Positions 57,201-64,000 of a stretch of DNA of 64,000 bases are shown in pieces (position 1 is the stretch's first letter; each line of letters opens with the position of its first letter). The notes under the pieces are model-generated. The model was not told the origin of the DNA and made no database searches. It worked only from the letters and a program-made list of their open reading frames with translations. The DNA comes from Actinomycetota bacterium (lineage in GTDB: Bacteria > Actinomycetota > Actinomycetes > JAKEEW01). Both the position numbers and the translations under genes were made by a program. The stretch spans positions 9,314 to 73,313 of the forward strand of contig JBKOZJ010000039.1 of assembly GCA_046725875.1 (NCBI GenBank). Direction: 5' to 3'.

Positions 57201-57599
57201 ACAAATCTGCTTCCGCGACAGATTCGCGCCGTTGTTCAAACGAGCTTGGCACGCGTCAACATCAGCGAGGGAGATCTCGCGACTGCCGCGGAACTGCTGG
57301 CCGATGCCGCACGCGCCGGTGTCGAGGCGAAGGACATGCCCGTTGCCGCCAGCGCGCTCGATGCGGGCGCCACTCTCGCGCTTGCCCGCGATGAGCCACA
57401 GCGCGCGGCCCGGCTGCTCGGCCTGGCGGAGGCCCTCCGCGGCATCCCTGACCACGGCAACCCGGAGGCGGTTCGGGCCGGCCGCCGGGCCGCCGCTGAG
57501 CTCGGAGCCGAGGCGTACGACCGGGTCTACGCCTCGGCCCAGAACATCGGCCGGGACGCCGCGGCCGAGGAGGTCCGCGCCGGCACGCCATTCGAGTAG
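54264..57599 (+). CDS. SARP/AfsR-family transcriptional regulator (OmpR-type winged helix + BTAD + NB-ARC ATPase + TPR)
   Basis: 1111 aa. The N-terminal region (LLGPVEVYGSDGRRIELTGPRLRAVIAQLAL...DRLIDGIWG) resembles a SARP DNA-binding domain. The P-loop GPGGAGKTRLA follows, and the C-terminal half looks like TPR-type helical repeats. Confidence 0.8.
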   Translation: MIVRVSLLGPVEVYGSDGRRIELTGPRLRAVIAQLALSAGRPVSADRLIDGIWGSTPPAGAVNALQALVSRLRRTLPPADAQLISAGAGGYQLAVDPAQVDAAVFERLASKGRAALTAARASTATPPGGANMLRPDRASQAKAGEAAAVLRDALGLWRGPALSDLEDAPFARAPATRLDELRAAALEDRIEADLRLGRHVDVVAELESLVAEHPLRERLAGQLIRALYGAGRQADALAAYGRIRGILADNLGIDPSPELEQTYLAVLRQEPALLPAATAAEPTAGARTNLRARLTSFVGRGDDVPKVQKLVTDYRLVTLVGPGGAGKTRLAEESASGLFDQMPDGVWMVDLAPVSDPLEVPHAVLDATGLGELSMIEQPQRGVLMPGRPGIVARLAAAAAGRKMLLILDNCEHLIEPAAQLAEDLLATAPELRVLATSREPLGISGESLFPVAPLALPPPGAGPDDAAGFASVRLLLDRASAVRPDFALGPATTHPVVEVCRRLDGLPLAIELAAARLRSMPIGEIAERLGDRFRLLTGGSRTALPRHRTLAAVVEWSWDLLDETERTVASRLSVFAGGASLTATEQVCAGGTVVADNVVDILGSLVEKSLVVLSSDAPTRYRMLETIRAFAADRLAEAGEADEVRNAHAAHFLALAERAESELRSSRQLQWLPWLRTEEDNLLAALRWAIDSGDALTAVRMVVALGWPWIMRGAEGSLTWIRDAVSVPGELPADLSAEANALLSLAYGMTDDLPSGRAVLDKALKLADTVPFEKQRVATVLAGPFFAMFDLDHDTAFRGAQRLTEHPNRWIHATGLLLAGYLLLNDGDIRQGEERVEAARAEFEAIGEHWGMANATSALAELRATRGDSAGAFEAREIALQLATEVGAKDDIVGEHVRLAVLRARAGDLDGADKEMARAFEARTLPAVAAAHGGADTSLGGIDMEVYLQNAAGEVAWIRGDRSEARARLNRALALCEQTNLLPRQIRAVVQTSLARVNISEGDLATAAELLADAARAGVEAKDMPVAASALDAGATLALARDEPQRAARLLGLAEALRGIPDHGNPEAVRAGRRAAAELGAEAYDRVYASAQNIGRDAAAEEVRAGTPFE

Positions 57600-57610
57600 A
57601 GACATCGCTC

Positions 57611-58420
57611 CTACGTACGGCGGCGGTAGACGACGGTCGAGATTGGCAAGAAGATCGCGACGATCAGGGTTGCCCACAACAGGGTCGCGGTCACCGGGCC
57701 AGCAACCGGTCCCCCGACCAACAGCCCCCGCACGGCCTCGGTCAGCTTCGAGACCGGGTTGACTTTCACCCACGCCTGCAACCATCCGGGCATCGTCTGC
57801 GCCGGCGCGAAGATGTTGCTGCCGAAGGTCAGCGGGAACATGACGATGAACCCAATGCCCTGCATGCTTTGGGGCGACTTCGCCAGCACACCGATGAGTA
57901 CTGCGATCCAGCACATCGCGAGGGCAAAGACCAGCATCAGCACGAAGGCGCCGAGCACTCCGAGCATCCCGGTCTCGACCCGGAACCCGAGCGCCATACC
58001 GAAGCCCAGGACGATGCCGACCCCGATCACATAGCGAAGGATGTCGCCGAACACACCACCGACGAGCGGTGCCGAGCGTGACATGGGCATGCTCTTGAAC
58101 CGGTCGAACACGCCCTTGGTGAGGTCGGTGTTGAGCGTAAGCCCCGTTCCCATCGACCCGAATATCGCGGTCTGGACGGCAATCCCGGGCAGGACGAATT
58201 GGAGGTAGGCGCGCCAGTCGCCGCTTACCGCACCACCAAATAGGAAGACGAACATCACGACGAAGATGATCGGCTGCAAGACCAGGTCGAGCAGGGACTC
58301 GAGGTTGTGCCGGGTCTTGAGTAGTGCACGCCAGGCCAACGTCAGGCCATGTCGTACGGTCGAAGGCAGCCAGTTGCGTAGGCCCGCATTCGCGCCGGCG
58401 GCCGTTGTTATGGCGGTCAT
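57611..58420 (-). CDS. ABC-2 type transporter permease (DrrB-like)
   Basis: 269 aa with 6 predicted TM segments. Its stop overlaps the upstream ATPase gene by 4 nt. Confidence 0.8.
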   Translation of the reverse strand: MTAITTAAGANAGLRNWLPSTVRHGLTLAWRALLKTRHNLESLLDLVLQPIIFVVMFVFLFGGAVSGDWRAYLQFVLPGIAVQTAIFGSMGTGLTLNTDLTKGVFDRFKSMPMSRSAPLVGGVFGDILRYVIGVGIVLGFGMALGFRVETGMLGVLGAFVLMLVFALAMCWIAVLIGVLAKSPQSMQGIGFIVMFPLTFGSNIFAPAQTMPGWLQAWVKVNPVSKLTEAVRGLLVGGPVAGPVTATLLWATLIVAIFLPISTVVYRRRT

Positions 58421-59529
58421 CCCGGCCCCCGGGTTGCGGTCTCGAGGTGCGGTGCTTCGGTGCCAGCCTCCGAGGTGGCGGCGGTCTCCGCTGCCGGCTG
58501 ACTCGCTTGAGCCGGTAGTCCCGTCCCCCGGACGGCTTCGGGCTGGCTCGTTGTGATGTCGCCAGCGGCATCCGCTGCCGCGCTGCCGCCGCTGGTCGAC
58601 GAGTGACCGGTGAGGGCAAAGAACACCTCGTCCAGGCTGGGCGGACGCAGCCCGATCTCAGTGACCGGAATCTGGTACGCATCCAGCCGCCGCACGAGGG
58701 CGGCGAGGATGCCGGCGTCGGTAACGTCCGCAGAAAGCTCGCCGCGCTCGGCGTCTCTGATGGGCCTGCGTGAAGTGAGTTCCGCGACCATCTGCTCGAC
58801 CAGGTCGAGGTCGGACTCGACCTGCGGCCGGACGACCAGGGTTTGCCCACCAACCCTCGCCTTGAGCTGGTTCGCGGTGCCGGTTGCTACGACCTGGCCG
58901 TGGTCGAAGACCGCGATCTCGTCGGCTAGCTGGTCGGCTTCGTCGAGGTACTGCGTGGTAAGGAGCACCGTCACACCGTTCGCGGTAAGCCCTCGTACAA
59001 CATCCCAGACGCTCGCCCGGGCCCGCGGGTCGAGCCCGGTCGTCGGCTCGTCCAGGTAGATCACTGACGGGTCGCCGACCAGGCTGGCCGCGAGGTCAAG
59101 CCGGCGGCGCATGCCCCCCGAGTAGGTTCTTGCCAGCCGGCCAGCGGCAGCGGAGAGCTCGAACCGTTCGAGCAGCATGCGGGCGCGGCGCTTGGCCTCC
59201 CGGCGGGAGAGGTCGAGCAGCCGCCCGATGAGAACGAGGTTCTCAGTACCCGTCAGGTCCTCATCGACCGCGGCGAACTGGCCGGTGAGTCCGATGACCG
59301 AGCGCACCTTCGGCGCGTCGTGGACGACGTCGAAACCGGCCACGGCCGCCCGTCCCGCGTCGGGCTTGATCAAAGTCGCAAGGATGCGGACCGCCGTTGT
59401 CTTGCCCGCGCCATTCGGTCCCAGCACTCCAAGGACACTGCCCTGCTTGGCGGCGAGGTCGACGCCCGCCAGTGCGGTCGTCTGCCCGAAGCGCTTGACC
59501 AAACCGCTCGCCTCGATGGCGTATGTCAT
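58417..59529 (-). CDS. ABC transporter ATP-binding protein (DrrA-like)
   Basis: Trimmed to MTYAIEASGLVKRF after an AGGAG RBS. Carries Walker A (GPNGAGKTT), the signature LSGGMRRRLDLA, and Walker B (VIYLDEPTTGLD). Confidence 0.85.
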   Translation of the reverse strand: MTYAIEASGLVKRFGQTTALAGVDLAAKQGSVLGVLGPNGAGKTTAVRILATLIKPDAGRAAVAGFDVVHDAPKVRSVIGLTGQFAAVDEDLTGTENLVLIGRLLDLSRREAKRRARMLLERFELSAAAGRLARTYSGGMRRRLDLAASLVGDPSVIYLDEPTTGLDPRARASVWDVVRGLTANGVTVLLTTQYLDEADQLADEIAVFDHGQVVATGTANQLKARVGGQTLVVRPQVESDLDLVEQMVAELTSRRPIRDAERGELSADVTDAGILAALVRRLDAYQIPVTEIGLRPPSLDEVFFALTGHSSTSGGSAAADAAGDITTSQPEAVRGTGLPAQASQPAAETAATSEAGTEAPHLETATRGPG

Positions 59530-59665
59530 GGGGGACTCCTTTCGTACGCCATCGACGATCGGGGCCGGTCCTGACATGACGCGTACACGCCGCTGACACG
59601 TTCTGCCGACTTGATGTCAGCACGAGCAAGGGGCTGGTAAGCGCCGGCGCTGCCGCCAGTGATGA

Positions 59666-60175
59666 TCAGACGTAGAGTTCGAGCTCGAGTTCGTGGCGGA
59701 TCGGTACGCCGTCGTTGCCGACAAGCGGGATCGAGGGCTTGAGCCGGCGCGCCTCGGCGACGGCATCGCGATGAATCGCAACCAGATCGAATCCGCTCCG
59801 CTGGTAGAAGCGCAGCGCGTGCGTGTTGTCGTTGGTCGTGATCAGCCAGACCCGGCGAGCGCCGGCGCCGCGGGCGAGCGCGCCGACCCCCTCGAGCAGC
59901 GCCGCTCCGGCTCCAACTCTGGACCTCGTCACGTCTATCGTTACGATCTCCCACGAACCGCCCTCGGCGAGGTACGTGAGCAGTCCGACCCGCTCGTCGC
60001 CGTATTCCGCGATGAGTTTCGGCAGCGGGCTCAGGTCGACGAGCTCGCCGAGTCTGGCGACCTCAAACGCACCCCAACTGGCGATCAGCACCTGCGCGAC
60101 CCAGGTGGCGTCGGCCTCGTTCGCCGCCCGGACGGTCGGGGCGCCGCCGCCCGCAATCCGGGAAGCGCCGTCCAT
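59666..60175 (-). CDS. GNAT-family N-acetyltransferase
   Basis: 169 aa. The acetyl-CoA-binding region is RSRVGAGAALLEGVGALARGAGARRV. Confidence 0.7.
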   Translation of the reverse strand: MDGASRIAGGGAPTVRAANEADATWVAQVLIASWGAFEVARLGELVDLSPLPKLIAEYGDERVGLLTYLAEGGSWEIVTIDVTRSRVGAGAALLEGVGALARGAGARRVWLITTNDNTHALRFYQRSGFDLVAIHRDAVAEARRLKPSIPLVGNDGVPIRHELELELYV

Positions 60176-60305
60176 GCCCCGGAGGATATGGGAGGCCGGC
60201 CGCGATGCCTACGCATTCGATCATTATCGGCAGGCGCGCCGAAGCCTAGCTCAACGCCGAGGGCGCGCCGACCTTCGCATGAACGCTTCGCAATAGGGTT
60301 GGCGA

Positions 60306-61088
60306 GTGCGGATCGCGAGGTTCACAACCGAGGGCGGTGAGCCGCGCTACGGCGTGGTCGAGGGGGAGGCCGGCGAGGAGATCGTCGCAGCTCTCCTGGG
60401 TGACCCGATCTACCGTCCGGTCCAGTTCACCGGCGAGCGGCTGCCGCTGCCCGACGTTCGCCTCCTGGCACCGGTGATCCCACGCAGCAAGATCGTGGGA
60501 GTCGGTCGCAACTACGCAGATCACGCCGCCGAGATGGGGAACGAGCTGCCGACCGAGCCGGTCCTCTTCCTCAAGCCAAACACCGCCGTGATCGGTCCCG
60601 GTGACCTGATCGTGCTTCCCCGGCAGTCAGCCGAGGTCCACTTCGAGGGCGAGCTGGCTGTTGTGATCGGCAAGCTGTGCAAGGACGTCCCTGCGGAGCG
60701 AGCCGCCGGTGTAATCTTCGCGTACACAATCGGCAACGACGTCACAGCGCGCGATCTACAGCGGCGGGACGACCAGTGGGCACGGGCAAAGGGGTTCGAC
60801 ACGTTCTGCCCGCTCGGGCCATGGCTGGAGACGGAGCTGGATTCCAGCGACCTCGCGCTTCGCACGGCGGTCAACGGCGAAGTCAAGCAGGACCAGCGGA
60901 CCTCGAAGCTGATTTTCGACGTGCCTACTCTCGTCGCGTACATTTCCGCGGCCTTCACCCTGCTCCCCGGGGACGTAATCCTCACCGGAACCCCGGCCGG
61001 GGTCGGGCCGCTCGCCGCGGGTGACCGGGTGGAGGTAACAGTGGAAGGCATCGGGACACTTGACAACCGGGTGGTATTTCGTGACTGA
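60306..61088 (+). CDS. fumarylacetoacetate hydrolase (FAH) family protein
   Basis: 260 aa. FAH-fold motifs are present: KIVGVGRNYADHAAEMG, FEGELAVVIGK, GDVILTGTPAGVGP. Confidence 0.8.
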   Translation: MRIARFTTEGGEPRYGVVEGEAGEEIVAALLGDPIYRPVQFTGERLPLPDVRLLAPVIPRSKIVGVGRNYADHAAEMGNELPTEPVLFLKPNTAVIGPGDLIVLPRQSAEVHFEGELAVVIGKLCKDVPAERAAGVIFAYTIGNDVTARDLQRRDDQWARAKGFDTFCPLGPWLETELDSSDLALRTAVNGEVKQDQRTSKLIFDVPTLVAYISAAFTLLPGDVILTGTPAGVGPLAAGDRVEVTVEGIGTLDNRVVFRD

Positions 61089-62601
61089 AAGCTCGCGCTC
61101 GTCTGTCCCGGGGTCAGCGCGTGCCGCCGAGGTCCGAACCAGGTTCGCGCCGTCGCCCAGCGGCGACCTGCACGTCGGAAACATCCGGACGGCGATCTAC
61201 TGTTGGGCGTACGCCCGCCGCACCGGCGGGACCTTCGTATTCCGGATCGAGGACACCGACAAGTCCCGGGCCGCTCCTGAATACGTCCACGCCGTCATCG
61301 AGACCATGCGGTGGTTGGGACTCGACTGGGACGAGGGTCCCGAGGTTGGCGGAGGCTACGGGCCATACCTGCAGAGTCAGCGGATGGAGATCTACCGCGA
61401 GTGGGGGCGGCGTCTTTTGGAGCAGGGCGATGCCTACTACTGCTACTGCACGCCCGACGAGCTCGAGGAGCGCCGGGAGAAGGCACGCGCTGCGGGACGC
61501 CCGCCAGGGTACGACGGGCGATGCCGCTATCTCACAGCCGAGCAGCGAGCGGCGTACGAGGCCGAGGGGCGTCGGCCGGTCCTCAGGTTCTGGATGCCGC
61601 CCGGCAAGACGACGTTCGTGGACCTCGTCCGTGGCGAGGTGACATTCGAGCACGAATACATCTCGGACTTCGTGCTCGCCCGCGCGGACGGGTCCCCGCT
61701 CTACACCCTCGCCGTTGCCGTCGACGACGTTCTCATGAAGATCACACATGTTGTCCGGGGTGAGGACTTGCTCTCGTCGACGCCACGACAGCTGGCGGTT
61801 TACCGGGCCATGGGCGTGCCCGAGTCCGACCTGCCGCAGTTCGCCCATTTGCCGTTTGTCATGGGCGCCGACAACACCAAGCTGTCCAAACGCCACGGGG
61901 CGACGACGATCGGCGCGTTCCGGCACCGGGGCTACCTGCCCGAGGCGATGTGCAACTACCTCGCGCTGCTCGGCTGGGCGCCTGGAGACGACCGCGAGTT
62001 CTTCTCCCTCGCCGACATGGCGCGCGAGTTTGACCTCGCCCGCGTCAACGCCAGCCCGGCCCGGTTCGACGTAAAAAAGCTCGATGCGATCAACGGCGAC
62101 TGGATCCGAGCGCTTGCGCCAGACGACTTCGAGGCTCGCTTGATCCCCTTTCTGCAGCATGCGGGGCTGGTTTCGCGAGAGCCCACCGAAGAGGAGCGGC
62201 GATTGGTTCACGGCGTTGCACCACTGATCCAGGAGCGGGTCGCGCACCTCACCGAGGCGGCCGAGATGGTGGGTTTCCTCTTCGTCGACGATGCACACTT
62301 CACCGTTGATCCGGAAGCCGCCGGACGCCTGCTGACCGCTGAGACGAGGCCCGCGCTCGAGGCCGGCCGGTCAGCACTGGAGGCCGTGGCCGACTGGAGG
62401 GCGCCGCCCATCGAGTCAGCCCTGCGGGCCGCCCTGGTGAAGGGCCTGGGTCTCAAGCCGAAGCACGCCTTCGGTCCGGTCCGAGTCGCCGTAACAGGGC
62501 GCCGGGTCTCGCCGCCGCTGTTCGAGTCGCTCGGGCTGCTCGGTCGCGATCGCACCCTTGCCCGGCTCGACCGCGCCTTGGCTTCGATACCCACCGGTTG
62601 A
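61081..62601 (+). CDS. gltX: glutamate--tRNA ligase
   Basis: Carries the HIGH-region variant (RFAPSPSGDLHVGNIRTAIYCW) and the KMSKS variant (KLSKRHG). The GTG at 61081 overlaps the FAH stop; an alternative TTG lies at 61060. Confidence 0.85.
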   Translation: MTESSRSSVPGSARAAEVRTRFAPSPSGDLHVGNIRTAIYCWAYARRTGGTFVFRIEDTDKSRAAPEYVHAVIETMRWLGLDWDEGPEVGGGYGPYLQSQRMEIYREWGRRLLEQGDAYYCYCTPDELEERREKARAAGRPPGYDGRCRYLTAEQRAAYEAEGRRPVLRFWMPPGKTTFVDLVRGEVTFEHEYISDFVLARADGSPLYTLAVAVDDVLMKITHVVRGEDLLSSTPRQLAVYRAMGVPESDLPQFAHLPFVMGADNTKLSKRHGATTIGAFRHRGYLPEAMCNYLALLGWAPGDDREFFSLADMAREFDLARVNASPARFDVKKLDAINGDWIRALAPDDFEARLIPFLQHAGLVSREPTEEERRLVHGVAPLIQERVAHLTEAAEMVGFLFVDDAHFTVDPEAAGRLLTAETRPALEAGRSALEAVADWRAPPIESALRAALVKGLGLKPKHAFGPVRVAVTGRRVSPPLFESLGLLGRDRTLARLDRALASIPTG

Positions 62602-62819
62602 GCGGTTCGGAAGCCCCGCGGTAGGTCGCCGTCAGGAGCATGCGTAGGCGCTCATCGGGGATCAGTTGTCATCGTTCATAACGAGGCTTCCAATCGATCT
62701 TGAATGACCGATCGCGTTTGAAGGGGGATCTCGCGGTCGGGTATCCTCGTGGTCGGCTCGTCGCCTTGATCCCATGAGATGCATCCGGGTTGCCGTGGGC
62801 TCCAGGCGGGGCGAAGCAA

Positions 62820-62891
62820 TGGGGTATGGGGTAATTGGCAGCCCGACGGATTCTGGCTCCGTTAGTCTAGGTTCGAGTCCTGGTACCCCAG
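62820..62891 (+). tRNA. tRNA-Gln (anticodon CTG)
   Basis: Hand-folded. The acceptor stem is TGGGGTA/TACCCCA, the anticodon stem ACGGA/TCCGT with loop TTCTGGC, and the T-arm CTAGG-TTCGAGT-CCTGG. There is no encoded CCA. Confidence 0.8.
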
Positions 62892-62948
62892 CTCTGGTCG
62901 GAGCCCTAAAGGTCCATTGGGTTCCGACTCGTGGTGAGAGCAACTTAT

Positions 62949-63021
62949 GGCCCCGTTGTGTAGCGGCCTAGCACGCCGCCCTCTCAAGGCGGTAGCGCCG
63001 GTTCGAATCCGGTCGGGGCTA
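62949..63021 (+). tRNA. tRNA-Glu (anticodon CTC)
   Basis: Hand-folded. The acceptor stem is GGCCCCG/CGGGGCT (G1·U72), the anticodon stem CCGCC/GGCGG with loop CTCTCAA, and the T-arm GCCGG-TTCGAAT-CCGGT. There is no encoded CCA. Confidence 0.8.
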
Positions 63022-63077
63022 CAGAGATGACCAAGCAGCCTACCTGCTGCCACCGGTCGGCCTAGGCGCACTGCCGC

Positions 63078-63482
63078 TCAACTCGTCAGAAGGCCAATGC
63101 CGAGGGTGATGAGACCCGCGGCGAGACACAGGGCGCCGAGATAGGTCAAGAGGATGAACCGGTTGGGCCGCATGACCTCACGGCCCATCGAGGAGAAGAA
63201 GAAGCCGGCCGGCATAAGGATTGCGGCGATCGGAACCCCGGCGCGCGCGAGCCACTCGGCGAAGCCGCTCAGGTCCGTGCGGTCCACGAACACCTGACAA
63301 ACCAGTCCGAGGATCAGCAGCACGCCGGCGTGCGCGTGACCGGCCCGAGAGAAGCCGAGCTGGAATGGGGTCGCCGGGAGCCGTCCCCGCACTAGCTGGA
63401 CCATGTACAAGCCCCCGGTCTCCACAGTGACGAGCGCCAGCACCAGGATGCCCGCCATGATGCGTGAGTCGTCAGACAACAT
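63078..63482 (-). CDS. hypothetical small membrane protein
   Basis: Trimmed to MLSDDSRIMAGILVLALV, giving about 135 aa with 4 predicted TM segments. No family assigned. Confidence 0.35.
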   Translation of the reverse strand: MLSDDSRIMAGILVLALVTVETGGLYMVQLVRGRLPATPFQLGFSRAGHAHAGVLLILGLVCQVFVDRTDLSGFAEWLARAGVPIAAILMPAGFFFSSMGREVMRPNRFILLTYLGALCLAAGLITLGIGLLTS

Positions 63483-63741
63483 CGGTCCGTCTCCAATCCC
63501 TGTCCAGACGCGAGTGCCGCTAGACCACTGGGTCCTGAGCAATGAGGACCCTATCGGCGGACCCGTGCGTCAGGTGGACGAATGAGGCCACGGCGCGTCG
63601 TCCGCGCCACGGCGCATCCTCTGGCCCACGGCGCATCATCGGGCCCAAGACGCGTCCGCTGACCCGCGGCGCAATGCTGGCCCACCACCATGACCCGCAT
63701 TGCGACCTAGCGGCAGAACAAGACGATCAAGAGGGGCTCCA

Positions 63742-64000
63742 CTAAGCGGCGTTGGCGCGCCGGAGGGCATCGGTGAGCCGGTCGCCGGCGGCGACGACAG
63801 CCGCGGCGAAGAGGCGACCCGGTGCCCGGGTCAGCCGTTCGATCGGGCCCGACACCGATACCGCCGCGACGACCCGGTTGGACGGGCCGCGCACCGGCGC
63901 CGAGACCGATGCAACGCCGGGTTCTCGTTCGGCGACCGACTGCGCCCAGCCGCGCCGCCGCACCCCGGCGAGGGCGGTGGCCGTGAACCTCGCCCCCTGC
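63742..64000 (-). CDS. IclR-family transcriptional regulator (C-terminal part; 5' end beyond window)
   Basis: The C-terminal effector-domain sequence ...NRVVAAVSVSGPIERLT is typical of IclR regulators. The gene continues past position 64000. Confidence 0.45.
   Translation of the reverse strand, partial: QGARFTATALAGVRRRGWAQSVAEREPGVASVSAPVRGPSNRVVAAVSVSGPIERLTRAPGRLFAAAVVAAGDRLTDALRRANAA

Noticed and set aside
57039-58853. 604-aa minus-strand ORF spanning the SARP 3' end and the ABC permease
   Set aside because: It is out of frame with the well-supported ABC-2 permease and ABC ATPase genes and overlaps the SARP gene. It is an antisense or alternate-frame artefact.

Overview
The window is high-GC (about 70%) actinobacterial chromosomal core DNA with no obvious mobile element or CRISPR array. 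No single large undescribed system stands out; the candidates worth follow-up are the three-copy palindromic element, the serA–leuB decay island (including the tandem-repeat secreted protein) and the BNR/MoaD/Zn-ribbon and PrsW small-peptide modules (all in findings).

Reading left to right:

1. A complete GlgE-type alpha-glucan locus: glgB (partial, runs off the left edge), pep2, treS and glgE on the minus strand with ATGA-overlap coupling, divergent glgP, and glgX nearby. A low-GC-flanked AbiEi/DUF559 gene sits inside it.
2. An enoyl-CoA hydratase, a SAM methyltransferase, a secreted endonuclease/exonuclease/phosphatase-family (EEP) protein and a hexapeptide acyltransferase, followed by etfBA, iscS–mnmA, a MetE-like gene, ligA and gatCAB. 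This order resembles the mycobacterial synteny, recalled from memory rather than checked.
3. An MFS transporter; a PQQ sugar dehydrogenase lipoprotein, PrsW protease and an unlisted 53-aa membrane ORF in an apparent operon; a 2-hydroxyacid dehydrogenase; and a BNR-repeat protein followed by a MoaD/ThiS-like protein and a small Zn-ribbon protein.
4. Branched-chain amino-acid genes ilvD and ilvB–ilvN–ilvC, including an unannotated ilvB leader-peptide attenuator, then serA.
5. A roughly 7.8 kb variable island between serA and a truncated, frameshifted leuB remnant. It holds several decayed genes (DUF1905 pseudogene, LuxR HTH remnant, MFS N-terminal fragment), intact accessory genes, and a secreted protein built from eight ~55-aa tandem repeats each carrying a Cys pair, next to a secreted LAS/M15-like peptidase.
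6. ilvE, a large SARP/NB-ARC/TPR regulator, a DrrAB-like ABC exporter, a GNAT, an FAH hydrolase, gltX, tRNA-Gln and tRNA-Glu, and a partial IclR regulator at the right edge.

Beyond the ORF track, I also noticed a ~47-nt palindromic element present in three intergenic copies (two flanking ilv genes) and several perfect inverted repeats in intergenic regions.
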